Shown here: positions 21,153 through 30,349 of the stretch, piece after piece | How positions within the stretch are numbered: position 1 is the stretch's first letter | How the letters are laid out: the number at the start of each line of letters is the position of its first letter | Origin: an uncultured Acidimicrobiaceae bacterium | GTDB taxonomy: Bacteria; Actinomycetota; Acidimicrobiia; Acidimicrobiales; Bog-793 | DNA: 64,000 bases | Direction: 5' to 3' | NCBI GenBank assembly: GCA_963725215.1 | Contig: CAVRXQ010000007.1 | Coordinates: 658,743-722,742, forward strand | Program-made: the position numbers and the translations under genes | Notes under the pieces: model-generated | Told to the model about the DNA's origin: nothing | Databases searched by the model: none | What the model saw: the letters and a program-made list of their open reading frames with translations, nothing else

Positions 21153-21905
21153 ATGGATCGTGATGAGGCGAACACGGCTGGTGATGGGGTTGAGCCGGGC
21201 ACGCGGCTAGTCATCATCCGTCACGGCGAGGCGGTGACGAACGTCGAGGAGCTGATCGGCGGCCATGACGGCTGCCGCGGCCTTACCGACCGAGGAGTCG
21301 CTCAGTGCGAAGCGCTCGCAGATCGCCTGCGAGAGACCGGAGAGCTCGACGGCGCGGCGGCGGTCTGGACGAGCGTGTTGCCGCGTGCCGTCGAGTCGGC
21401 GGCCATCGTCGCACCAGCGATCGGATTCGACGTCGTCACGCAGAGCTGTTCTTTGTGCGAGCAGCACCCGGGCGAGGCGGACGGGATCTCCTGGTCAGAG
21501 TTCGAGCGGCGCTACGAGCGGGTGTCGTTCCCCGGTTCGGACCCCGAGCTGCCGCTTTCTCCTGGCGGGGAAAGCTGGATCGAGTTCCTGGACCGAGCGC
21601 GCTCAGGGCTGCTTGATCTCGCGGCGAGTTATCCCCGCCAGCTCGTCGTCGCGGTCTCCCACGGGGGCGTCATCGCCTCGTCGATGATCCGGTTTCTCGG
21701 GCTCCCCGAGCACGGATCGGGTGCCCAGCTGCATGCTGAGAACACCTCGATCACCGAGTGGGTTCGCACCGGGCATCGGTGGCGCCTCATCCGGTTCAAC
21801 GACGTCGCCCACCTCTTCGGTCCTGGTCGCGAAGACGTGCGCTCGATGGTCCCTGCCTGGGTTAACGCGGACAGCGACCGCGCCGCCGTCGATCAGCAGG
21901 TGTAG
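21153..21905 (+). CDS. histidine phosphatase family protein (phosphoglycerate-mutase-like)
   Basis: RHG motif LVIIRHGEAVTN and a distal catalytic His in AVSHGGVI. Confidence 0.8.
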   Translation: MDRDEANTAGDGVEPGTRLVIIRHGEAVTNVEELIGGHDGCRGLTDRGVAQCEALADRLRETGELDGAAAVWTSVLPRAVESAAIVAPAIGFDVVTQSCSLCEQHPGEADGISWSEFERRYERVSFPGSDPELPLSPGGESWIEFLDRARSGLLDLAASYPRQLVVAVSHGGVIASSMIRFLGLPEHGSGAQLHAENTSITEWVRTGHRWRLIRFNDVAHLFGPGREDVRSMVPAWVNADSDRAAVDQQV

Positions 21906-23851
21906 TCGGGGTCGAGCCCGTAGGGGGAGGCGACGGTGCCCGGCGTCTCCTGAAGGATCGTCGGGACACCGCCGGCGAAGATGTCGCCCGACACCGTGGA
22001 GTGCGAGTAGCTCGCGCTGCCCGAACACCACGCACCGAGGATGGAAGGATCGGCGAAGCCGGACTCCGCGTACGGCGGATTGGTCCATGGGACGCCGGCG
22101 ATCCAAAGCGGGATCTGGCCACCAGACGGCACGTAGTCCCCCGCGATCGTCGGGTACTGCACGCTCGTCGAGTAGAGCCCGACCTCGAGCCCGGCGCCGT
22201 GCAGCGCGTCGATAGCGCCTTGGATTGTCTGGTCGTTCAACTCGGTGTTGTGCGACCAGTACTCGCCCTTGGAGAAGCTCGAGTAGTTCGTCGGCGACAA
22301 AGTCGTGTTCTCGATGTCGAGCCACCAGATCGAAGAGTGCGCGCCGACGTTCGTCGCGTACGAGACCGCCGATTCGGCCCCGTTGTAGCCGTAGTTGTAG
22401 GCGATGCAGTTCGCCTGCGCCGATCCGGACATCTGCGCGCACACGCCGTGCGGTCCGTTGGCGGAGAACACCTGGCCTTGCTGGGACGTGTCCGGCGAAT
22501 TCATGAACACGTACAGGTTGTAAGGGGCACCTCCGGGCGGGTCGACTTTGGTCGCCCACGCGACCTCGGAAGCGAGGCAACGATTGTTCGCGCTGTCGAG
22601 CCAGCCCGCGACCTCGATGATGCTGATTGCGGAGACGGTCGGCATCTTCGACATGACCTGGTTCGAACTTGGCGACGCGCACTGGAAGTTCGAGATGTCG
22701 TAGCCGAACATTCCATGGGGGAGCGCGATGAGGCCGCTCTTGACCGTGAACGAGCGCACGAGTTCGACGACGGTGATGCCGTGGCGCGGTGGCGTATGAG
22801 ATAAGGACCCAGCGAATCGCGCGTCGCCGTAATTGAAGACGCGGCCTGATGAAGAAGTGAACCAGTAGCCGCTGCCGTCCGCGGAGGCGACGAACGAGGT
22901 GAACGTCTCCTTGATGTGCTTGCGGGCCGGTGCCCCGTAGTAGGCGGCGTCGCCGAAGCGGAAGACGCTTCCCGCTGAGGTCGCGACCCAATACCCGTGG
23001 CCGTCTGCGGTATTGGCGATCGCCATGACCGCGTCGTGGACCTTGCTCGAGGATGGCGAACCGTATGAATTCTCGTCGCCGAATCCGAACACTTGGCCAC
23101 TCGCCGCGACGAGGCGGTATCCGCCGTCGTCGGGGGCGGGCGCGATGGACACGATCGATGACGAGAGCTTGGCGTGCACGAGCGAACCGCAAAACGGCGC
23201 GGTGCCGTAGTTGTATACCGCGCCGTTCGATGCAATGAGCCAGTAGCCGATGCCGACGGGTGCGGCAACGATGGCGACGATCGGGGCGTGGTGGACCTTG
23301 TGCACGGGCGATCCGAAGAACGTCGCATCGCCGTAGCCGTAGACGCTTCCCTTCGAGTTGGCGAGCCAGTACCCGGCGCCATCAGATGTTGCCGCCGCGC
23401 CGACGAATCCAGACAGGCGCGGCTTCGCCTTCGAACCGTGGAACGCGGCACCACCGAAGGGGCGGACGCCTCCGTTCGATTCGACGAGGTAGTACGCCGG
23501 ACTCTCGAACGTCGCCGGAGTGGGAGGACTCGTCGTCGTGGTCGTCGGTGACGTTGTCGTAGTCGTTGTCGGCAAAGTCGTCGTGGTCGTCGGCGAAGTC
23601 GTCGTCGTCGTTGTCGTGGTGGTCGTCGTGGTTGTAGTTGTCGTCGTCGTCGTGGTCGGAATCACCGGGTACGTGCACGACGGAGTGACAGTCACAGCCG
23701 GCATGCTGTACGCGATCGCGTGATGTGTTGCTCGGCTTGGTGCACGGACAGTGGCGCCAGAGATCGTCGACGTGCCCAATAGCGCCGCGACAACGATCGC
23801 CACCGCCCAGGCGACGCGCGCGCCCGGCAGCGGGTACCGCGGCTCATCCAT
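21893..23851 (-). CDS. secreted multidomain protein: signal peptide, poly-Thr/Pro linker, 6 x ~41-aa GYW repeats, C-terminal GH25/Rv2525c-like glycoside-hydrolase-like domain
   Basis: Start at ATG 23851 (MDEPRYPLPGARVAWAVAIVVAALLG). A run of ~20 Thr precedes six repeats of pattern GYW(L)xxxxGxVxxFGDAxxxGS. The C-terminal domain carries FGYDISNFQ and WWLDIE motifs. Confidence 0.7.
   Translation of the reverse strand: MDEPRYPLPGARVAWAVAIVVAALLGTSTISGATVRAPSRATHHAIAYSMPAVTVTPSCTYPVIPTTTTTTTTTTTTTTTTTTTTSPTTTTTLPTTTTTTSPTTTTTSPPTPATFESPAYYLVESNGGVRPFGGAAFHGSKAKPRLSGFVGAAATSDGAGYWLANSKGSVYGYGDATFFGSPVHKVHHAPIVAIVAAPVGIGYWLIASNGAVYNYGTAPFCGSLVHAKLSSSIVSIAPAPDDGGYRLVAASGQVFGFGDENSYGSPSSSKVHDAVMAIANTADGHGYWVATSAGSVFRFGDAAYYGAPARKHIKETFTSFVASADGSGYWFTSSSGRVFNYGDARFAGSLSHTPPRHGITVVELVRSFTVKSGLIALPHGMFGYDISNFQCASPSSNQVMSKMPTVSAISIIEVAGWLDSANNRCLASEVAWATKVDPPGGAPYNLYVFMNSPDTSQQGQVFSANGPHGVCAQMSGSAQANCIAYNYGYNGAESAVSYATNVGAHSSIWWLDIENTTLSPTNYSSFSKGEYWSHNTELNDQTIQGAIDALHGAGLEVGLYSTSVQYPTIAGDYVPSGGQIPLWIAGVPWTNPPYAESGFADPSILGAWCSGSASYSHSTVSGDIFAGGVPTILQETPGTVASPYGLDPDYTC
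23516..23656 (-). repeat. low-complexity Thr/Pro-codon tract (T20-SP-T5-LP-T6-SP-T5-SPPTP)
   Basis: On the plus strand this appears as gtcgtcgtggtcgtc... runs; the antisense frame gives a poly-Val ORF (23520-23723). Confidence 0.9.
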
Positions 23852-25228
23852 CAGTCGCGCAACAGCTCCGTGACTCGGTAGGCGAGATCCAGCGCCTGAC
23901 GCGCGTTCAGACGCGGATCGCACGCGGTCGTGTACCTGAGAGAAAGGTGTTCTTCCAAAATGTCCTCGGTTCCTCCGAGGCATTCGGTGACGTCGTCGCC
24001 GGTGAGCTCCACGTGCAGTCCCCCCGGCCACGTGCCGAGATGTCTGTGGACCGCGAAAAAGCCGCGGATCTCGCCCAAGATGTCCTCGAAGCGACGGGTC
24101 TTCCTGCCGTCGGAGATGAAGGTGTTGCCGTGCATCGGGTCGCACTGCCATACGACCGGGTGGCCGGCGCTTTCAACCGCGTCGACGATCCGGGGCAAAA
24201 GCTCGTCGACTCGACCGACTCCGAGACGGCAGATGAGAGAGAGTCGACCAGGCGTCCGGTCCGGATTCAGCACGTCGCACAGTCCGACGAGCTCTTGCGG
24301 CGCCGCCGTCGGACCGACTTTCACCCCGATCGGGTTCTCGATTCCCCGAGCGAACTCGACGTGGGCCCCGTCACTTCGTCTAGTCCGCTCGCCGATCCAG
24401 ACCATGTGCGCCGAACAGTCGTAGAAGCCGCCCGTCGCGGGCTCTTTTCTCGTCAGGGCTTGCTCGTAGTCGAGAAGCAGTGCCTCGTGGCTCGTGTAGA
24501 GGTTCGCGTGCGCCGAGGCGGTGTCGGCGTCGATCCGCATACCGAAGGTGCCGAGTGCGGCGACCGCGCGCTCGACGTCATCCGCGGTCTCGGCGTACCG
24601 GCGGCCCTCGTCGGTGCTGGCGACGAAGTACTGGTTCCATGTGTGCACGTGCGGCAGCGACGTGAATCCTTGTGCCGTCAGGGTGCGGAGGACGTTCAGT
24701 GTCGTGGCGGCGTGTTGGTACGCAGCGACGAGGCGCGCGGGATTTGGCGTCCTTCCGGCGAGATCCGGCGCGTCGTCGTTCACCATGTGACCCCGAAAAC
24801 TCGGAAGCTCGGTCTCGCCAATGCGCTCGATCGGTGAAGAACGCGGCTTCGCGAAATTGGCCCGCGATGCGTCCCACGCGCACCACGGGGAGGCCAGATC
24901 CGTAGGCGAGAACCACCGCCATCTGCAAGATCACCGAGAGCCGATCGCGGATCGACTCGAAGGTAACTTCCGCGAACGATTCGGCGCAGTCTCCAGCTTG
25001 CAGCACGATCGCCCGTCGTTCACAAACGTCGCGAAGCGCTGCAAGAAGACGACGGGCTTCCGCGGGATCGACGAGCGGGGGGAGGCGTTCGAGCTCCGCG
25101 AGCGCATTCTTGAGTTCGATCTCGTCGGGCCAGTCAGGGGACTGTTCGACCGGCAGGTGACGCCATGATTCCGGTGACCACCGCGATCGGGGACGCGCCG
25201 AATTGGCGTCAACTCCGGGCTGGACCAC
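23851..25228 (-). CDS. class II 3-deoxy-7-phosphoheptulonate (DAHP) synthase, interrupted by a 1-nt insertion near 24853
   Basis: The N-terminal ORF has WSPESWRHLPVEQSPDWPD...LQAGDCAESF...RVGRIAGQF. The C-terminal ORF has MVNDDAPD...RTPNPARLVAAYQHAATTLN...VWIGERTR. The bridging peptide [22 protein letters not shown] reads through once one base is removed. Confidence 0.88.
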
Positions 25229-25306
25229 GGTCCAACCCTACCGGGGCAGGCTTGTGCGGAAGGGGGAATTTGCGCGGGTTTTTCAGAATCCGACGCGTAC
25301 GCTCTG

Positions 25307-25918
25307 GTGGTGACGACAACGCGCATCGGAATCTTCGGTGGCACATTCGATCCGATTCATGTTGGTCATCTCGTCGCGGCGGTGAACGCGCGTGACGCGT
25401 TGAAACTTGATCGAGTGTTGTTCGTCGTTGCGAACGAACCATGGCAAAAAATCGGCGAACGAGCGGTGACCCCGGCGCGCGATCGCCTTGCTGTGGTTGA
25501 GGCGGCGCTCGGAGATGTCGAAGGTCTCGAAGCGTCGCGCGTCGAGATCGATCGTGGCGGCCCGTCGTACACCGCGGACACCGTCGCACAGTTGCGCGAC
25601 ATGCACCCTGAGGCTCGTCTGTTCCTGATCATCGGCGCCGACGTCGTTCCCGGCCTCGAGACTTGGGAACGCTTGGACGAGATCCGCAAGGAGACGACGA
25701 TCGTCGTCGTCAATCGTCCCGGTTCGGCCGGGATCGACGCCGGATCCGGTGGCCCGCTCGCCGACTGGGACACGGTCACCATCGAGATCCCGGAGATCGA
25801 ACTGTCGAGCACGGACTTGAGAGAGCGGGCGGCGGACGGTCGGCCGCTCGACTACCTCATTCCGGAGGCCGCAGTCCGCGTGATCCGAGCCCGCCACCTG
25901 TACGCTGTCGATAGATGA
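25307..25918 (+). CDS. nadD: nicotinate-nucleotide adenylyltransferase
   Basis: IGIFGGTFDPIHVGHL (HxGH) and a distal ISSTDLR-like motif LSSTDLRER. Confidence 0.92.
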   Translation: MVTTTRIGIFGGTFDPIHVGHLVAAVNARDALKLDRVLFVVANEPWQKIGERAVTPARDRLAVVEAALGDVEGLEASRVEIDRGGPSYTADTVAQLRDMHPEARLFLIIGADVVPGLETWERLDEIRKETTIVVVNRPGSAGIDAGSGGPLADWDTVTIEIPEIELSSTDLRERAADGRPLDYLIPEAAVRVIRARHLYAVDR

Positions 25919-25997
25919 CGGCTCGATCGATCGCCCGACCCGCCTCGGTCGCGATCTGCGCGCCAAAGCCGACGTCTCACGGGGACGGACCTTCGCG

Positions 25998-26369
25998 TTG
26001 AGCCTTTCCGCCGCGCTGATCGCCGCGCGGGCGGCGTCGGCGAAGACGCTCGAAGACACGGTCGTCTTGGACGTCGGCAATCTGATCGGGATCACTGACT
26101 ATTTCGTCATCGCCGCCGGTCGCAACGACCGCCAAGTGCGGGCGATCGTGGACGAAGTCTCCCGCCAAGTTCGCGAGCAGGCCGGCGCGAAAGTGCGTCA
26201 GTCAGAAGGTCTCGAATCGATGAGCTGGGTGCTCCTCGACTACGGCGACTTCGTCGTCCACGTGTTTGACATCGAGGCGCGGGCTCTGTACGCGCTCGAG
26301 CGACTTTGGGCCGATGCGCCACGTGTGGCGCTCGACGAAGCGGCGCCGAGCGAGTTCGCCCGCGGCTGA
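25998..26369 (+). CDS. rsfS: ribosome silencing factor RsfS (iojap family)
   Basis: TDYFVIAAGRNDRQVRAI...WVLLDYGDFVVHVF...Y.LERLW. Follows nadD as usual. TTG start. Confidence 0.9.
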   Translation: MSLSAALIAARAASAKTLEDTVVLDVGNLIGITDYFVIAAGRNDRQVRAIVDEVSRQVREQAGAKVRQSEGLESMSWVLLDYGDFVVHVFDIEARALYALERLWADAPRVALDEAAPSEFARG

Positions 26370-26389
26370 CGCTTCGCCCGTTAAACGCG

Positions 26390-26992
26390 CTACGTGGCGA
26401 GCGGTCGAATCGTCAGATAGTTCGTGCGATTGACGGTTCCATTGAACCGTTCCTGACCAGCTTCCAACCACGCCTCTCTCAGCCCGGCAAAGACGATGTT
26501 CACCGATCGCACTTGTGGGAACTGGGTGAGCGTGTAGACGATTTGGCCGTTTGACTGGAAGAGCTGGGTCGCGTCGAGGAGGCTGAAGGACGAATCCAAG
26601 TTGACCGAGGCGACCCCATCGCGAACGTTGCCGACAAGGGTCAACTCGGCCGGAGGGACCTCGCTCATCGCGGTCGAGATACCCGAACGCAACTCGGAGG
26701 TCGTCGGTCCGGCGCTCAGCACGTTCAGCGTGTCTTGCAACGTCGCGTCGAGTGAGACCCTTCCCTCGGGCACGAATCTCGTCGACGCGACGAGATGACT
26801 TCCCGTGAGGAAATAGACGTCGACCGGCCGACCGTGGTGCAGAAGCTTCGACGCCGCCGTGTGGAACAGGTCCGCCGGAACCGAGATCGGTTGCGCACTC
26901 GTCTGGACCGTGATGCCGCATCCAGCGGTCACGAGCACGATCACGAGGGCGCACAGCCCGACGCAAAGTCTCGGCAGGCGACGTGCGGTCAC
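26390..26992 (-). CDS. GerMN-domain lipoprotein (short LpqB-like)
   Basis: Lipobox LVTAGC followed by a GerMN-like body (VDVYFL...LVASTRFVP...TLQDTLNVLSAGPT...ASVNLDSSF). The GTG start overlaps the kinase stop (GTGA). It occupies the third position of an mtrA-mtrB-lpqB-like operon. Confidence 0.7.
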   Translation of the reverse strand: MTARRLPRLCVGLCALVIVLVTAGCGITVQTSAQPISVPADLFHTAASKLLHHGRPVDVYFLTGSHLVASTRFVPEGRVSLDATLQDTLNVLSAGPTTSELRSGISTAMSEVPPAELTLVGNVRDGVASVNLDSSFSLLDATQLFQSNGQIVYTLTQFPQVRSVNIVFAGLREAWLEAGQERFNGTVNRTNYLTIRPLAT

Positions 26993-28485
26993 GATTCCGC
27001 CGCATGGGCCGGAGCGTCGTGTTCGATTTCGGACGCGGGTGCGAGTGGTATCTCGACGACGAAGCGTGCGCCCCCAGTCGGTGCATCGGTGACGAAGACT
27101 CGACCGCCGTGCAACCGGACGTGCTCGCGCACCAACGCGAGTCCGAGACCCGTGCCGACGCCGGCGCCGCGACTGCCCGCCACCGACGAACCACGCGCGA
27201 AACGTTCGAAGATCCTCGAGCGGTCGACTTCTGGAACCCCTGGACCCGCGTCGTCGACGAGCACCCGCACGAAGCCGTCTTCGCTCTCTACCGAAACCCC
27301 CGTCACACCGCCCGCGTGGCGGTCCGCGTTCTCGATCAGGTTCGAGAGGACGCGTTCGATCCGCCTCTTATCGACGTAGACCAGTTTGTGATCGCTCGCC
27401 GCATCGACCGCGATGGGGATCGCGTCGCGTCCGGAGGGTGCCGCGGCATGGCGAATCAGCTCGCCGATCTCGACCGGCGAGGGCTCGAAGTCCGCGGAAC
27501 GCGAGTCGTATCGGGAGATCTCGAGCAGGTCGCCGACCATGCGTTGGAACCGGCGCACTTCCGCCGCGAGCAGCTCCAGCGCGTGTCGCGAGCGTTCTGG
27601 CATCTCCTCCTGGCGCGCCTCGATCACGGACAACGCGGCGGCGAGCGTCGTAAGAGGAGAACGGAGTTCGTGGCTGACGTCCGAGGTGAACCGGGCGTCG
27701 CGCTCGATGCGTTGTTGCAGTCGGTCCGCCATTCTGTTGAACGAGGAGGTCAATACCGCGAGGTCACGCGCGTCCTCGGTCTCGAGTCTCGTGTCGAGCA
27801 TTCCACCCGCGATGGCTAGCGCCGCTTGAGACACTTCTCGCAGAGGTCGTAGCGCGCGCCCCGCGGCCCATCGTCCGATCAGCGCGCCGAGGGCGGTCGT
27901 TACAACTCCCGCGGCGAAGAGGGTTGCGAGGAGCTCGTGCAAGGTGTTCGATGCGCCCGAGAGGTTATAGACGGAAAAAAAGCGCGCATGGCCGGGGAGC
28001 GCGATTCCAACGCCGTACATCGGGGCGTTGCGGTAGGTGAATGTCTGTTCGGAGGAAAGCCCGGCAATCGTGTCGTCGCGGAGCGACAAAGGGAGCTGCT
28101 TGTAGGAGAACGACGCCGGAGACGAAGAGAACCACTCTTGATCATCGCCGAGATACACGAGTGTGAACGACGTTGTCGACTTGAGGTCGTTCACGAGGGT
28201 GAGCGCGTTCGAATCCTCGACGACAAGATCGCGGGCGAACACCACTCCGCGTGCGGCGGTGGCGTTCGCGATCGTCTGCACCTCGAAAGAGTGTTCGTCT
28301 CCTCCGACGATCGACGAGCTCGTCTTGTAGTACGTGATCGACGAGATCAACAGGACGAGCAAAAGGGCGCCGAATGCAAAACTCGCCGTGATCCGTGCGC
28401 GAAGTCCAAATCGCGAGAATCGTCGCCCTCGCGCCTCGCCTCGATCGTGGGAACCGACGCGGCGAAGCCGCTCCCCGAAAGACAT
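26989..28485 (-). CDS. two-component sensor histidine kinase (MtrB-like)
   Basis: Two TM segments flank an extracytoplasmic domain, followed by a HAMP region. H-box is SHELRSPLTTL; N and G boxes are NLIENADRH and GTGLGLALV. Confidence 0.88.
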   Translation of the reverse strand: MSFGERLRRVGSHDRGEARGRRFSRFGLRARITASFAFGALLLVLLISSITYYKTSSSIVGGDEHSFEVQTIANATAARGVVFARDLVVEDSNALTLVNDLKSTTSFTLVYLGDDQEWFSSSPASFSYKQLPLSLRDDTIAGLSSEQTFTYRNAPMYGVGIALPGHARFFSVYNLSGASNTLHELLATLFAAGVVTTALGALIGRWAAGRALRPLREVSQAALAIAGGMLDTRLETEDARDLAVLTSSFNRMADRLQQRIERDARFTSDVSHELRSPLTTLAAALSVIEARQEEMPERSRHALELLAAEVRRFQRMVGDLLEISRYDSRSADFEPSPVEIGELIRHAAAPSGRDAIPIAVDAASDHKLVYVDKRRIERVLSNLIENADRHAGGVTGVSVESEDGFVRVLVDDAGPGVPEVDRSRIFERFARGSSVAGSRGAGVGTGLGLALVREHVRLHGGRVFVTDAPTGGARFVVEIPLAPASEIEHDAPAHAAES

Positions 28486-29211
28486 TTAGCTCGCGAGCTT
28501 GTATCCGAGGCCGCGCACCGTGAGCACGTAGCGGGGATTCGCCGGGTCGGGCTCGACCTTCGTGCGGAGCCGCCGGATGTGGACGTCGACGAGCCGCCCG
28601 TCTCCGAAGTAGTCGTAGCTCCAGACGCGTTCTAGCAGCTGTTCCCGGCTCAGAACCTTTCCGGAGTTCGCGGCGAGCTCGCACAAGAGCAAGAACTCGG
28701 TTCGGGTGAGATGAACCTCCTCGCCAGAGAGGCGGACGACGCCGGCGTCCGGCATCACTTCGAGCTCGCCGAAGGTCAACGTCGGGGGCCCGCCCTCGGT
28801 CGAGCGCGCCCGGCGCATCAGCGCACGGATCCGTGCCGCAAGTTCCTTCGGCTCGAAGGGCTTCGTCACGTAGTCGTCGGCACCGGCTTCGAGGCCGGCG
28901 ACGATGTCGTGGGTATCGGTGCGCGCCGTCACCATGATGATCGGAACCGCAGATTCACGTCGGATCTCCCGGCAGCACTCGAAACCGTCGATGCCGGGCA
29001 GCATCAAATCGATGATCACGAGGTCGATCGGCTCCGAAGGCGGAGCCTTGGAGAACTTGTCGAGCGCGATCTCGCCGCTCCCTGCTTCGACGACGCCGTA
29101 GCCCTCGTCCTCCAGTGCCAGGCGCATCGAAGTACGGATGCGCTCGTCGTCCTCGACCAATAGAAGATGGCTCGCCACCTCACCATTGTTCCTCTTTGTG
29201 GGAGAACGCAT
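28486..29211 (-). CDS. OmpR-family response regulator (MtrA-like)
   Basis: Receiver domain LLLVEDDERIRT...DLVIIDLMLPGIDG...KPF. Winged helix LTRTEFLLLCELA...VHIRRLRTK...VRGLGYKL. Start is ATG 29211, or alternatively GTG 29178. Confidence 0.88.
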   Translation of the reverse strand: MRSPTKRNNGEVASHLLLVEDDERIRTSMRLALEDEGYGVVEAGSGEIALDKFSKAPPSEPIDLVIIDLMLPGIDGFECCREIRRESAVPIIMVTARTDTHDIVAGLEAGADDYVTKPFEPKELAARIRALMRRARSTEGGPPTLTFGELEVMPDAGVVRLSGEEVHLTRTEFLLLCELAANSGKVLSREQLLERVWSYDYFGDGRLVDVHIRRLRTKVEPDPANPRYVLTVRGLGYKLAS

Positions 29212-29287
29212 CGCCCCGACCCGCCCGAAAAGACAAGAAGAGTCGGCATCACCCGGGATCGCCCGATCGTGACCGTAAACTCGCAGC

Positions 29288-30172
29288 GTGAGCTGGGATT
29301 TTGACGGATTCGTCCGCTCGCTCACCTCGGCGTCGCCCGCCACGGTGAAGGCATACCGCACCGACCTCGACGGTTTTGAGCAGTGGGCGGCGCGTGCTGG
29401 GGTCACCGTTCCACGCGGGGTCGACCGGGTGATGCTCCGTCGCTACCTCGCATACCTGTCGACGAGGGGCTATGCCCGCCGGTCGATCGCCAGGAAGGCG
29501 GCGTCGTTGCGGCGGTACTTCGCCTACGCGCAACGTCGAGGACTGGTCGTCGAGGACCCGGCGCGACGGCTCACCGCGCCGTCGGGGGAGGGTCGGCTTC
29601 CGAAGGTCCTCGGACCGGCGGAGCTCGCCGCGCTCCTCGAGGCGCCGGATCCCGAAGAGACGGACGAGGTCGCCGCGGCGGTGACGGCGCGCGACGTCGC
29701 GATCCTCGAGTTGCTCTACGGGTCAGGGCTGCGGGTGGCGGAGTGCTGTGCGCTCGACCGCCACGACCTCGAGCTCGAGCGATCCGCGCTGACCGTGCTC
29801 GGAAAGGGCGGGAAGTCGAGACGGCTTCCGATGAGCGAACCGAGTGTCGAAGCGCTGCGTGCCTACCTTGAGCGCCATCGCGGAGCGCTCGAAAAAGAGC
29901 ACTCCCCGCCCGACGCGCTCTTTTTGAACCGTCGTGGCCGCCGCATGACCCCGCGCGACGTCACCCGCGTCGTCGACGGCCGAGCCTCGTCGCCGACCCA
30001 CCCGCACGCGCTTCGCCATACCTTCGCCACCCATCTGCTCGATGGGGGCGCCGACCTGCGGGTGGTCCAGGAGCTGCTCGGCCACGCCAGCCTGAGGACG
30101 ACCCAGCGCTACACCCACGTCTCGAAAGAACGCCTCTTCCAGGTGTACGAGCAGACCCATCCCCGTTCCTGA
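29288..30172 (+). CDS. xerC: site-specific tyrosine recombinase XerC/XerD family
   Basis: The N-terminal SAM-like domain has TVKAYRTDLDGF. The catalytic region has LLYGSGLRVAE, HALRHTFATHLL and LGHASLRTTQRYTHV. Confidence 0.88.
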   Translation: MSWDFDGFVRSLTSASPATVKAYRTDLDGFEQWAARAGVTVPRGVDRVMLRRYLAYLSTRGYARRSIARKAASLRRYFAYAQRRGLVVEDPARRLTAPSGEGRLPKVLGPAELAALLEAPDPEETDEVAAAVTARDVAILELLYGSGLRVAECCALDRHDLELERSALTVLGKGGKSRRLPMSEPSVEALRAYLERHRGALEKEHSPPDALFLNRRGRRMTPRDVTRVVDGRASSPTHPHALRHTFATHLLDGGADLRVVQELLGHASLRTTQRYTHVSKERLFQVYEQTHPRS

Positions 30173-30349
30173 GCGTCCGAATCGGCGGTTCTCAGCGGGA
30201 ATTCGCCACATTCCCTGATCAGAGCCGGAATCTCACCGGCTACCATCTGTGCGGGCTCGACCGGGTCCGCCTAAACCTCGACCGGACACTCCCACGGTCG
30301 CCTCACGGCGCGGTGTCCGGCGCGTACAACCGCTGGGAAGGAGCGACGC

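Noticed and set aside
21603-23192. 529-aa minus-strand ORF and many other long alternate-frame or antisense ORFs (e.g. 1693-2436, 11754-13301, 16142-17056, 19008-19823, 33342-34091, 44422-45444)
   Set aside because: Their Arg/Pro/Ala/Gly-dominated composition is typical of off-frame translation of GC-rich genes. Each overlaps a gene with clear family motifs in another frame.
23520-23723. Poly-Val ORF (MGGLVVVVVGDVVVVVVGK...)
   Set aside because: It is the antisense reading of the poly-Thr linker of the secreted protein on the minus strand.
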